Both the position numbers and the translations under genes were made by a program. Below the pieces are notes generated by a model, which did no database searches, was not told where the DNA came from, and saw only the letters and a list, made by a program, of their open reading frames with translations. DNA of 64,000 nucleotides. Origin: Octopus vulgaris. Its lineage: Eukaryota. The stretch lies in assembly GCA_951406725.2 (NCBI GenBank), contig OX597826.1, positions 11,470,001 through 11,534,000 of the forward strand, written 5' to 3'. Shown here piece after piece: positions 1-12,949 of this stretch (within the stretch, counting starts at the first letter, position 1; each line of letters begins with the position of its first letter).

Positions 1-6
1 ATATAC

Positions 7-40
<34 letters not shown>

Positions 41-1361
41 ATTTTAGAAGTAATTTCGTGTTAAAGCTGTCGTATTTGGGTAATTTTAACCAATCAACGA
101 CGTGTATTCAGCCTACTGTTGTTTGCGATAGTAATCGAAGAGCAACAACTTCCGGGTCATCTCTACTAAATGTATTTTTCAATCACGTGTGGATTATTCG
201 GTTTAGTTAAAAAAGAAAATTTTGATCTGTGGGCCAAACGGAAGATATTCCACACAAACACATGATCACACACTTATATATATCGATATATACATTCGGC
301 GGCGGAATGAGGCATTCTAACCAGTGGTGTTGGTTAGAATATCTCACATATATGTGTATATGTGTATGTGAGCGGCGAGTTCGTGTGTGTGCATGTGTGT
401 GTGTGTGTGTGCGTGTAATTAATATCTATTTACTTGCATAGTTGAATCTAAAACAAGAGATTACTTGTCTAATCTGTGATAGACCGGTGGTTCATTAAAG
501 TGGCTTTGTACTTGATGCTTTAAATTCGATATTTCGGTAAACCACAGCACAAATATATATGAAATACATTATGTGGTATTTCATATTTCGTTAACAAACG
601 GGGATATTTAATGAGATTATAGATTTTGTAAGGTATTTATTCTAAAAACACTGTAACCATTCCGGTCACGAATAAATAGATGTCGTCATCATCACTGTTT
701 TTTAAAAATAATTTTGTTGTTATCGAATCGCTTTTAGTCAGACATCTTTTTTTATGTTATTTTAGTTATGTGTAATTCATTGAGAATTTGTAAGAAGTCA
801 GACGATAATTTAAATCTTGCAGGATAATTATACATAATTTAAATCTTCTATGATAATTGTTCTCGAACGATATTCATGTGTGCATGTGTTTTACTGTATT
901 GGACTTTTCTTAGGAAACCACCATATTTTTGAAATGGTAGCGTTGTCATTGTTTAGTGCTAGGTCAGTCTTTAAACGAGCAGACCAATAGCACTATGTAA
1001 CACAAGTTTTATCCTTAGGTAGCAGCTTTTGTTTCCTATTTGCATGACCCGAGAAACTATGAAAAATGGCTAATGTTTCCTTAAAACTTTGCTTTCGTTA
1101 CATTTATTCAAACCCCTCTCAACACATCTCTGTATGGATATGTGTATGCATGCATGTATGTATGTGTATGTATATATGTATGTAAGTGTATGTTTGTATA
1201 TGTGCGTGTTGTGTGGTTGTGTGTATGGGCATGTGTGTGTCTGATGTACGTGTCAGCCCTAAATAATTGATAATTTTATGACTATTTTTTGAGCCATTTT
1301 AGTGAAAAATACTTAAACTAATTTATGATGTCTTCTGAGGAGGACATACGTCTGTCATACT

Positions 1362-1440
<79 letters not shown>

Positions 1441-1498
1441 CATACATGCATACCAACGAACATCCACATAAAAAGTGTGTGCATGATATATATATATA

Positions 1499-1791
1499 AA
1501 TTCTGTTGTGTCTGGGGGGAGTCATTTTCTTTTTGTGCCTTATAATGTAACACACTCACCGGTAAAATTTCTACTTATTTCTTATTTTTATTTTCTAAAA
1601 TTTTCGCTGCGTCTTGCAACCTTTTCAATAGTCTATTTTAGGAGAATAAATTTTAGAAATAAGTGGAACTTTTACCAGTGAGTGTGTTAAATTATAAGGC
1701 ACAAAAAGAAAATGATTCTCCCCAGACACAACCGAATATGCTTCAACACACGAACTCACATAAATAATCTTGCAAACCAAATCCCAAACGA

Positions 1792-1795
<4 letters not shown>
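1499..1795. mobile_element. Fold-back pair of a short Penelope-like 3'-end element (family also at 55797-55990 and 43770-43870), between (TA)n tracts
   Basis: Arms ~1500-1582 and ~1655-1738 are reverse complements; the right arm matches 55850-55990 closely; the left arm continues into an HHR motif. Confidence 0.65.
1595..1631 (-). ncRNA. Minimal type-I hammerhead ribozyme, U3-A8 variant
   Basis: Minus strand reads cta-TTGAAAA-G-GTTGC-aagac-GCAGC-GAA-AATT-T-tag: stem I, core, stem II, GAAA, palindromic stem III, UH site. Confidence 0.6.
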
Positions 1796-1864
<69 letters not shown>

Positions 1865-1866
<2 letters not shown>

Positions 1867-2000
1867 CGGGAAGCTTTATGAAAATAGACAAAAGGCGAAG
1901 GCAGGTGGAATACAAACAAACAATTGTATTAGTATGGCGCTCAGGAATATAAATAAAACAAGTCTTTTACGTTTCGAGCCTACGCTCTTCAACAGAAAGA
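1865..2000 (-). mobile_element. Short HHR-bearing element (A6U family) between two (TA)n tracts
   Basis: Homologous to 42765-42893 and 52971-53066. Confidence 0.7.
1963..2000 (-). ncRNA. Minimal hammerhead ribozyme, A6U variant
   Basis: tcttt-CTGTTGA-A-GAGC-gtag-GCTC-GAA-ACGT-A-aaaga. Confidence 0.65.
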
Positions 2001-2011
2001 TATATATATAT

Positions 2012-2095
<84 letters not shown>

Positions 2096-2228
2096 ATATA
2101 TAAATATGCATATATATATACATGCATATTGCTATTTTAATTTTAACTTTCCTATCATATGTAATTTTCTAGATGATGTAATTTAGTTATTCATTTCGAA
2201 TTGAATTGATAAAAGGTGGGGTTTTTTC

Positions 2229-2290
<62 letters not shown>

Positions 2291-2499
2291 CACGTGAATA
2301 TGAATGTTATGTTCTGTGTTGAACTGTTTGAAAAAACAGACTTAGTCAAACTTTGGTGTCAGTGTGATCCTTGTGTATATTTTTGTTTCGGTGTTTAAAT
2401 GCATTGAGAAGTCTAAAAAAATCAATCTTGTTTACGTTTTGTCCCTTTATGTTCCGTCACGTAGTGTCCGACTAATTGAGTGCAATATAATAGTCCTTT

Positions 2500-2998
2500 C
2501 TACTACAGGCACAGTGTCTAAAATTGTGTGTTGGGAACTAGTCGATTACACCCACGCGGATAAATTGCTTAGTGGCACAAGGCACGAAATTTTGGGGAGT
2601 GGGTAAGTCGATTATATTAGCTCCAGTGATGATCTGGTACGTATTTTACCGACTCCGAAAGGATAAAAAGAAAAGGTGACCTTTGCGGAATTTGAACTTA
2701 GAACGACGAACGAGATACCGCTAAGTATTTTGCCCGACGCGCACACGATTTTGCTAGTTTGCCGCTTTAGTTTGATGAGTAATATTGGTTTCAAATTTTA
2801 ACACAAGGGCAGCAATTTCGGGGCGACTGCAAGTCGATTATGTCCACTCAGTGCTCAACTGGTACTCATTTTGTCGACCCCGAAGGGATGAAAGGCAAGA
2901 GTCGACCTCGGCGGAATTTTTACTCAGACCGTAAAGACGAACGAATTGCCGCTTAGCATTTTGCCCTGCGTGCTAACGATTCTGCCTGGTCACCGCCA
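2500..2998 (-). mobile_element. Two decayed Meta-domain-like SINE copies (family B)
   Basis: Contain the cgaaaggatgaaaggcaaagtcgacctcggcggaatttgaactcagaac-type motif and a tRNA-like head. Confidence 0.7.
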
Positions 2999-3138
2999 TA
3001 AAGTTTAGTGCTTAATATTGAGATCGAACGAATGCTCAGTGTATATAATTAAAGATTAAGTGGCTTGCCCCCATTTTCTCAAATTTTAGGACATATGTAT
3101 AGGTGGCAGTGGTGGTGGTAATATTTTGTGTTATCCCA

Positions 3139-3500
3139 AGGCGGTGAGCTGGCAGAATCGTTACGGCGCCGTACAAAATGTTTAGCGGTACTTGGTCCGT
3201 CTTTAAGGCGGTGAGCTGGCGAAATCGTTAGCATGCCGGGCAAAATGCCTGGCGGTATTTCGTCTGCCGCTACGTTCTGAGTTCAAATTCCGCCGAGGTC
3301 GAATTTACCTTTCATCCTTTATGGGTCGATTAAATAACTACCAGTTACGCATTGGGGTCGATATAATCGACTTAATCCGTTTGTCTGTCCTTGTTTGTCC
3401 CCTCTGTGTTAGCCCCTTGTGGGTAGTAAAGAAATAGGTACTTGATCCGTCTTCAAGTTCTGAGTTCAAATTCTGCCGAGGTCGATATAGCTTTCAACTT
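3139..3500 (+). mobile_element. Family B SINE (3205-3436) nested in an older copy of the same family
   Basis: Two aaggcggtgagctggc heads; TSD-like ggtacttggtccgtctt / ggtacttgatccgtctt flanks the inner copy. Confidence 0.8.
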
Positions 3501-4142
3501 TTTACTCCTTTTTCCCCTTCTTCCAAAATCGCTGGCCTTGTTCCAAAATGTCGGAGAACCATTTTCAACAGAGAAATTGAGTACTTTTAGTTTTCATAAA
3601 ATGAAACAGGACTGGTTTAAGACATCCTTATGGCTATGGGTGGCGGGTATAGCGGTCTACTAAATATGTTTGTGAGTAATGATTCCATCCATTACATCTT
3701 TAGTGCAGTATAAAAATGTCAACTTTTAACGAAAAGTGTGACATTCCAGGTTTCTTGGTTCTTTGTGTAGTGTAACTGAATTCTGGGAGAAGTTTAGTAA
3801 AATTTTCTAGAAATAGCTGCGTGGATAAGAAACTCGCTTCGCAGCCACATAGTTTCTCGTTCAGTCCCTCTGCGCGGAAATTGGGCAAATACCTTCTGTT
3901 TTAGCCGAGAGGCGGCCAATACCTTGTGATGAGTGAATTTTGGTCGTATTGTGATCAGCTTGAAAAATTGTAGAGATATTAAGATATTCTATTTTTCTTA
4001 ACATGAAACCAATGGTACCCTTAATTTCCAACTAAAGGAATTCTATCTACCAATGCGGTATTGAGCACTCATTTTCATCGTTCGACATTTACGTATACAC
4101 ACACACACACACACACACAAACACACACGTATATATATACAT

Positions 4143-4248
<106 letters not shown>

Positions 4249-4574
4249 TTGTGTGCATGTCGTTGTGTTTGTGTTTGTCCTTCCCCTTCGCGCTTGTTAG
4301 TCGGCGTTGGCTCGTTTACGTTCCCGTGGCATAACGGTTCGGCAAAAAATCCCCAAATTTTAAATGCCAGACTTAATACAAAAAATGAGTTGTGGGGGCG
4401 ATTTGTTCAACTAAACTCTTCGAGGTGTTGCTCCAGTTTGGTCACAGTCAAATGACTGATACAAAAGATAAATAAAGGACGAAAGATTTATTGGAATATT
4501 GGTAATTTAATGCAGATAATGCGGCTTAGTTTTTGTCGAAGACTGTATTATTGTCGGTGGATGTGAACATACCT

Positions 4575-4860
4575 CAACTGGCATTCCGTCGCTTACGACG
4601 ATGAGGGTTCCAGTTGATCCGATCAAGGGAATAGCCTGCCCGTGAAATTAACATGCATGTAGCTGAGCACTCTACAGACACGCGTACCCTTAACGTAGTT
4701 CTGAGAGATTCGGCGTGATACAGAGTGGGACATGGTTGGCTCTTTGAAATACAGGTACTACTCATTTTTGCCAGCTGAGTGAACTAGAGCAACGTGAAAT
4801 AAAGTGTCTTGCTCAAGAACACAACGCGCTGCTATAAATCGCTCTCGCGACCTTACGATG
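4575..4860 (-). mobile_element. tRNA-derived SINE (family D head and CORE-like body) with the tail also used by the SINE at 9328
   Basis: Body gttgtgttcttgagcaagacactt shared with 49545-49810; tail 4575-4760 matches 9330-9510. Confidence 0.7.
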
Positions 4861-5282
4861 TGAATGTTTGTCAGTGTTAAGTCGAGTGACTTATTCAGAG
4901 ATAAATTGTCTTAAAGAGATGCGATCCTAGAATCCCTAAAGACGTGACCTTTTCAACTTCTTTATATTTCGTTTTTCCTCTTATTCATTTCATACGTCGT
5001 TGCACTTTTCCACCATTCAACGCTTTTCCACTGTGGCAGATATCGAAGAAAACGTGAAACTTCTTTTTGCATAGACATAATCACAGGCGTAGCTGAGTGG
5101 TAACAAGGTTGCTTCACAGCAAAATGGTGCCAGGTTCGCTTGTACTGCGTGGAATCTTAGGCAAGTATCTTCTATTACCGCCTCGGACCGACCAAAGTCA
5201 TCTGAGTGAATTTGGTACACGGAAACTGGAAGAAACCTGTATGTATGTATGTATGTATGTATGTATGTATCTATAATACAGA

Positions 5283-5620
5283 AAGTCGCTTATTTGTAAA
5301 AAAAAATATAACATCTGACTTCATTGACCGAGGTTACCGTGGTCTTTCCCGTAGGCTTTTCTTTCCACGGGTAAACATCACCTGTCCTCCCCTTTACACT
5401 TTATATTGACATTTCTGTGATAACGATCCCTATTGATCGATTTTTTCTTTTTCCTTTTATTTTATTCCCCTCCCTTTTTTTTTGGCTTTCCTCTTTCTTT
5501 ATTTTTACGATTCCTTTTGATCGAAAACCAAACCCCCTTTTTATATCCCCAAAAGAAAAGCTCTACCTTGTAATTTGTCCCGTCTGTGTGTAGCCCTGTG
5601 TGGCTAATAAAGAAACATAT
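5283..5620 (+). mobile_element. Probable LINE 3' UTR fragment ending at (CTAT)n
   Basis: Pyrimidine-rich, ends in AATAAAGAAA; 3' end resembles the family B SINE tail; partial copy at ~55270-55385. Confidence 0.45.
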
Positions 5621-5623
5621 TTG

Positions 5624-5701
<78 letters not shown>

Positions 5702-5909
5702 AAAATAAGCAACAAGGATATCCAGAGGTAATGCAGTACGATCGTTTCATGCGACTCTATTTAATTGAACAATGCATTCATTTCATTACATGTTGCTTAT
5801 TTTGATTTTAATCACGTTATTTTGAAATTGTATGGATAATACCATACTAAATCCTGGTGCCTCAACTTAAGTTCCATATTCATCTGAATCTAAACTTTTT
5901 ACTGAACTC

Positions 5910-5988
<79 letters not shown>

Positions 5989-6029
5989 AATCTATCTATC
6001 TATATATATATATATATATATATATATCT

Positions 6030-6135
6030 AAAGTTAGGATATATTCGGTAGTGAATGTTATTACTCAAGGAAGTACTCAATATATTTATTCCGGATATCC
6101 CGACCGCGAGCTTGATGGGCATTGAAAACCTCCGA
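6030..6135. repeat. ~105-bp dispersed element embedded next to (CTAT)n
   Basis: Near-identical copy at 43015-43122; fragment at 7207-7238. Confidence 0.75.
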
Positions 6136-6158
6136 TCTATCTGTCTATCTATCCATCC

Positions 6159-6299
<141 letters not shown>

Positions 6300-7012
6300 C
6301 GTGTGCGTTTCGTTGTATCTGTATTTGTTCCTCTCCCACTTCTTGACAACCGGTGTTGTATCAGACTTAAAACAAAGTCCAGAAGTCGATTCGTTCGACA
6401 ATATATTCCTCTAGTAAGTGCCCCAGCATAGCTGCAGTCTAATGACTGAAACAAATGAAAGATAAAAGATACATGAATTGTCATATCTATAGAGAAAAAA
6501 AATTTACCATCTTAACGTTAAAAGTATTTCAATAACAACCGTATAGTGGTAACCATTAAAAAAAAAGAAATTGGCCCTTAAATCTCAATTTGCCAATGCC
6601 TTGATTCGAGACCTTGTAAAGTTAACTGCTCTATTCGTATACAGTGAAGGGGGTCGAATAGAATTCTCATCGACGTGAATGTTTCAGCACAAACGAATAT
6701 CAGCTAAATACACCGAGATTAGAAAGTGACCATGAACAAAAAGAGAGCCTATATTTAAATGGCCGTCAGCAGGTAAATGAAGATGTTTCTTAAAATTCAA
6801 AATGGCTATCAGATTGTTTTCTGGGAAAATATATCTCTTTTTCAAGAATAATTTTCTTTGGTATATATTTTATAAGTAAATTTGTTTATTCATATATGTA
6901 AATTTATCTACGTGAGCCGGGATTACTTTCCAAAAGTGTATGCATTTTTATGTTCCAGATTTGATGCTCATGTTTGCATGATTGCATGATTCTGCCTGCA
7001 AAATCTATCTAC

Positions 7013-7067
<55 letters not shown>

Positions 7068-7087
7068 CCTATCTATCTATCTATCTG

Positions 7088-7207
<120 letters not shown>

Positions 7208-7235
7208 AAGTGTTGGAGATATTCGGCAGTGAATG

Positions 7236-7318
<83 letters not shown>

Positions 7319-7891
7319 ACTCTGTATGTGTTTGTGCCTGCTTACATATGGGTGCGTAAATAAAGTAAATATGAAACATTTTTATAAGATTCATACCTTT
7401 TATTATTTGCACTGTTCGCTTTTCTTGTTGTTGTTGTTATTATTACTAATAACATTTCCACGATATTTTTTTGAGAAATCTGTCAGAAAATTTATGGAAA
7501 CATTACAGAGGCCCTTGATATATTTTAAATTTCGAAAATAAAAAATCATCGTTATTAGCGAACTATTTATTCAGATTCATGATTTGGTTTATATTTTCAC
7601 CCAATATTTTCATTCTCTTTCTTCTTCTTCTTTTACAACTGTTACTGGTTCAGAGTTGAGTCGTGTTAGCGTTTTTCTCTTCATATTTTATTCCAAGGAC
7701 GTGCAACGAATCGATTTTATGAACAAGCAATGTACGCTCCCTAACAACAGCTGCTGTTGGCTGGGGGGGGATCTTTTTACTTCCCTTCCCCCCTTCCATT
7801 CCGACTCCATCACATATGGTAAGAAATATATGGGATTTTATTTCGTTCTGAGTTTTTCTCTTTAATTTCTTTTAGAAAAACACAGTTACTT

Positions 7892-7931
<40 letters not shown>

Positions 7932-8078
7932 TAGTTGTTGTTGGTGTTGCTATATTTCGGAGCCTTACTGCGTAGGGTGTTTAATTTACTTCAACGAATT
8001 TTACTTTTTTTCTCTAATTTCATGAATCCCAAAAGTCAGTTGTATATGTGTGTATGTGTATGTATGTATATATGTACG

Positions 8079-8126
<48 letters not shown>

Positions 8127-8183
8127 TATATATATACATATATACATAGATATATATGTACATATATATATATATATAGATAG

Positions 8184-8234
<51 letters not shown>

Positions 8235-9327
8235 TATATACATATATATATATATATACACATGTACATATATATATTATATATACATATACGTATCTAT
8301 ATACATGTATATATATTTACATAGATATATGCAAGTATATATATATATGTGTGTGTGTGTGTATGCATGCGTACATATAAAAATACTTACGTATAGATAC
8401 ACACACACACACGCATACCTGCATACACATGAACACACGCGCACACGCACATATTATTAGCAGATGCCACTGATCGATTACCAAAATGTCAAAGACTTCT
8501 ATAAAGGAAAATAATGGTAATTACTGATGGGCACCGCATGAAATCGAATAGATTTATGCAACAAATAAACAAAAAGATGGAGGAAATATTGCTTTGATTC
8601 CTTTCATCTCTTGCCGTGACCTCACTGCCTTGTAAGCTTATCCGAATGTTCATGGTGTAGCACGGCTGAATGATATCTCTTTGACTGATTTTTACCAACA
8701 TTTGGTCTTACAGTTATTGGGATTTTGAATACCTGACTCATTATATGTAAATACTGAGCTCGTATCATGTGCTTAAGCCATTCAACTTTACTCTACCTGT
8801 GTCTGTCTTACCGAGATAATAGATATGATAAATGTGGCAGAAATGTTCTCTTAACACAGATGATGAAACATAACTTCATATTCAACGTAATTTAGAAAAA
8901 TCTATCAATTTATAAAACATGGTTGGGTTATAGTTATAATTACGCTAAAATATCGTTGGAAAAGATACCTTCCTTAGCTTAGTAAGAAGTCCAAATTATT
9001 TGGAGGCGGAGGATGAGATTTCTAACATTTAGAACTCTCAGTGCTAGATTTGGACATACAATAACCAAGTTACTATATAACCTTTTGCTCTCTATAAAGC
9101 ACAGGTCATCGATGGTAATTCCCCACTACCTTGATTCTGGCTGTTTTTTCTGCTTTTCTGCTTCTTCCTCTGCCAGGTCTTGTTGGTTTCAGTTGTCATT
9201 GATGCTTCTGTAACTTTGATGTTGTTCTAGGAAGGGTGTTGGCCAACAGCGAAAATTCACTTCTATGAAGAGGTGGTCCATATTAGACTGGTCTCTGTCC
9301 TTTAATCTGTGTTGGATGAGAGTCCTT

Positions 9328-9711
9328 GGAAGCACTCCGTCGGTTACAACGACGAGGGTTCCGGTTGATCCGAATCAACGGAACAGCCTGCTCGTGAAAT
9401 TAACGTGTAAGTGGCTGAGCACTCCACAAACACGTGTACCCTTAACGTGGTTTTCGGGGATATTCAGCGTGACACAGAGAGTGACAAGGCCGGCCCTTTG
9501 AAATACAGGTACAACAGAAACAGGAAGTAAGAGTGAGAGAAAGTTGTGGTGAAAGAGTACAGCAGGGATCACCACCATCCCCTGCCGGAGCCTCGTGGAG
9601 CTTTAGGTGTTTTGGCTCAATAAACACTCACAACGCCCGGTCTGGGAATCGAAACCGCGATCCTATGACCGCGAGTCCGCTGCCCTTACCATTGGGCCAT
9701 TGCGCCTCCAC
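9328..9711 (-). mobile_element. tRNA-derived SINE, family C (OR-like head), tail a
   Basis: A-box (gcaatggcccaatggtaagg) and B-box (ggtttcgattccc) on the minus strand; 13-bp TSD gatgagagtcctt at 9315-9327 and 9712-9724. Confidence 0.9.
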
Positions 9712-9970
9712 GATGAGAGTCCTTATGAAGTCCTGCGCACCACTTCCATGGTTTCCAGATTCATTGACTTATATAAACCAACCCACCGCAACAAGAACTG
9801 TACCTTGCAGTGCCGAAAAAATAATAGATGCCTCTAAACAAAAAGAGGTATACATGTTTTCAATTATCGTGAGATTGTCAGGTATATTTTTTTCAAACAA
9901 TGTGTCTTCAAGCTTTATAAGGCACAGCGCATCACGAATTCTAAATCCAGCATTAACCATAGATATTAGT

Positions 9971-10390
9971 GATGCAGGAGTGGCTGTGTGGTAAGTAGCT
10001 TGCTTACCAACCACATGGTTCCGGGTTCAGTCCCACTGCTTGGCACCTTGGGCTGCTGTCATTTACTATAGCCTCGGGCCGACCAAAGCCTTGTGAGTGG
10101 ATTTTTTGTAGACTGAAACTGACAGAAGACCGTTGTATATATGTATGTGTATGTATATATATATATGTGTGTTTGTGTGTCTGTGTTTGTCCCCCCCACC
10201 AACATCACTTGACAACCGATGCTGGTGTGTTTACGTCCCCGTAATTTAGCGGTTCGGCAAAAAGAGACCGATAGAATAAGTACTAGGCTTACAAAGAATA
10301 AGTCCCGAGGTCGATTTCCTCGACTAAAGGCGGTGCTCCAGCATGGCCTCAGTCAAATGACTGAAACAAGTAAAAGAGTAAAGAGTAAAA
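9971..10390 (+). mobile_element. tRNA-derived CORE-like SINE (family A) with internal microsatellite
   Basis: Head ggagtggctgtgtggtaag...gggttcagtccc; CORE-like caccttggg; internal TA/TG tract; conserved tail ending gactgaaacaagtaaaaga. Confidence 0.9.
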
Positions 10391-10921
10391 GGGAGAGTAA
10401 GACCATCAACAGTCAATGCTCAAAACAGTTTCTCCAACTAGGGGTTCCTTCAATTTATTCGTTACGCAATGGTAAATGTCTACCTTGGTATAATGCGATC
10501 TAAAGAATATTTGCGACCTTCGACAAACACTTTACTTGCCCTGTTTCAATCTACTTAGCTGACAGTTTTTATAAATTAATGAGTAACAAGATTAGTATAG
10601 TGACGGTCAGGGATCCAAAGTCATTTATATGTTTCCTCAAATGAGAAAGGCTTATGTATATTTGAAAATATATACTGATGAGTGGTTAAGAAATTTTTTT
10701 CGCAAGCATGTGGTGCGGGGTTTAATCGTATTGTCCGGCAACTTGAAGAATTGTATTCTACTGCGGCCTCAGGCTGACCAGTACATTATAATTATTTGAT
10801 TAGACTTAAACTGCGCAGAAGCCTGACAAATCCATCCATCCATCCATCCATCCATCCATAAACACACGCATGCATACATACGTACGTGCGTAAGTGTGTG
10901 TGTATGTGTGTGCGTGCGTGC

Positions 10922-11011
<90 letters not shown>

Positions 11012-11158
11012 CCCTGAGCCAGAGATCAAGGAAATTAGAAATCCAAAGTGGATGGAAAACAATTATGCGAGTTAAATATATCGGTAGAGCAAACTCGAAA
11101 GCGAAAAATGTTTGCTAAAACACACACACACACACGCACACACACACTCGCACGCACT

Positions 11159-11200
<42 letters not shown>

Positions 11201-11312
11201 CATGCATGTTTGTGTATTAAACATAATCATCTTTCATAAGAGAGCAGTGTTCGAATCCTGGCCCATGCGCTATTTTCTATTTTCTTACATGATTTTTATC
11301 CTTTTGAGTTGG

Positions 11313-11352
<40 letters not shown>

Positions 11353-12034
11353 GGACACAAATTTTTATGTACCTGTTGGCGTGGTCGATAATAAGCGGCT
11401 CTACCCTTTGAAGACGCTTGTCCCTGCATGGATACGGTCCAATGATTGAGACTAGTTAGATAATTAAAAAAAGATTAAAAGAATACACGGCCGTTGCATT
11501 GTGAGTGCGCGTGTGAAATATTTATGAAACGAGACGAAACGAAACAAAGATTCGCCGAGCGACTCATTCAGGGACTGAGAACTTCACGTGAATTTGCTTT
11601 CACCGTCTACTGACGTTTAATTTGCCTCGTTAATTAACTACTGTACCGTTTGAACTTCGTATCTTTCTATTTCATTTGTTTTCTGGCTGTTATTCGATTT
11701 CATTTGTTTTCTTGTTATAGCGAAAATATCAGGTGCAGTTGGGCAGACATGTGATCAACACCGGTCCTGCTGTGACCTTCTCATCCTTTTGTCTATCTAT
11801 AACTGTATCGCCCAGTATGACCTTTCTTCATCTGTCTTTTTCAGCTTTTTTTTTTATTCTTATATTTTTTAAGATTGTAGAATATATCTTGAGCGGAGAT
11901 CGGTTGCTTGTTTATCATTGTATTGTAGGTGTTTACTTTACCCCGATCTACCTTGAGTTAGTTAGTTATTAAACTCGATCTTAATGGCAGAAGAATCCGG
12001 TCTCTCAGTCGATTCCGTTCCCTGCACGAAAACC

Positions 12035-12266
12035 TATTTCTTTACTACCCACAAGGGGCTAAACATAGAGAGGACAAACAAGGACAGACAAACGGATTAA
12101 GTCGATTATATCGACCCCAGAGCGTAACTGGTACTCATTTAATCGACCCCGAAAGGATGAAAGGCAAAGTTGACCTCGGCGGAATTTGAACTCAGAACGT
12201 AACGGTAGACGAAATACTGCCAAGCATTTCGCCCGGCGTGCTAACGTTTCTACCAGCTCATCTCCT
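12035..12266 (-). mobile_element. Family B SINE
   Basis: Full length; TSD-like ttccctgcac(g)aaaacc on both sides. Confidence 0.9.
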
Positions 12267-12454
12267 TTCCCTGCACAAAACCATTTACATCATTTATCCT
12301 TTGGATAAAAGAACAAACGTCGCAGTTTTAATCTTACTGCGGCCTATACATACATACATACATACATACATACATACATACATACATCAAATTAAATGCA
12401 TTGAACCTTTGTTAAAACGTTTTACTACCAACCATGTTTTCAATATAAACTTAC

Positions 12455-12630
12455 ACTTAGCGGATTTCGTCCGTCTTTACATTCTGAGTTCAAATTCCAC
12501 CGTGGTCGACTTTGCTTTTCATCGTTTCGGGGTCGATAAAATAAGTACCAGTTGCACACTGGTGTTGATTTAATCGACTCACCTTTTTCCCCCAAAACTT
12601 TTAGCCTTGCGCCAAACTTTGAAACTAATA
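12455..12630 (+). mobile_element. Older family B SINE with alternative tail
   Basis: gagttcaaattccaccgtggtcgactttgcttttcatcgtttcggggtcgataaaataagtaccag. Confidence 0.75.
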
Positions 12631-12949
12631 TTAGAATTTATAATAAAAGTGTAAGTATTACAGATGTGTGTGTGTGTGTGTGTGTGTGTGTGTCTGTGTC
12701 TGTGTGTCTGTGTGTGCGTGGATTGCAGGCTGGCTCTGATTTAGTAACATTAACTTAATCGCTTGTTTAAGTTATTTGACTTCTATCGCATTAATATATT
12801 TTTTTAGTTCAAATCGCACCAATATCTCTTATGACTTTTTATTCTTCTCGGCTGAATAAATAAGTACTGGTAAGTACTTGAGTCAATATAATCGACTGTT
12901 CAAATCCCACAAATTGCACAGTCAAATGTTTCTTTCAGAATTGTTCAAT

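Noticed and set aside
9105-9760. Flanks of the 9328 SINE as a LINE coding remnant
   Set aside because: Composition is suggestive but no diagnostic motif could be read
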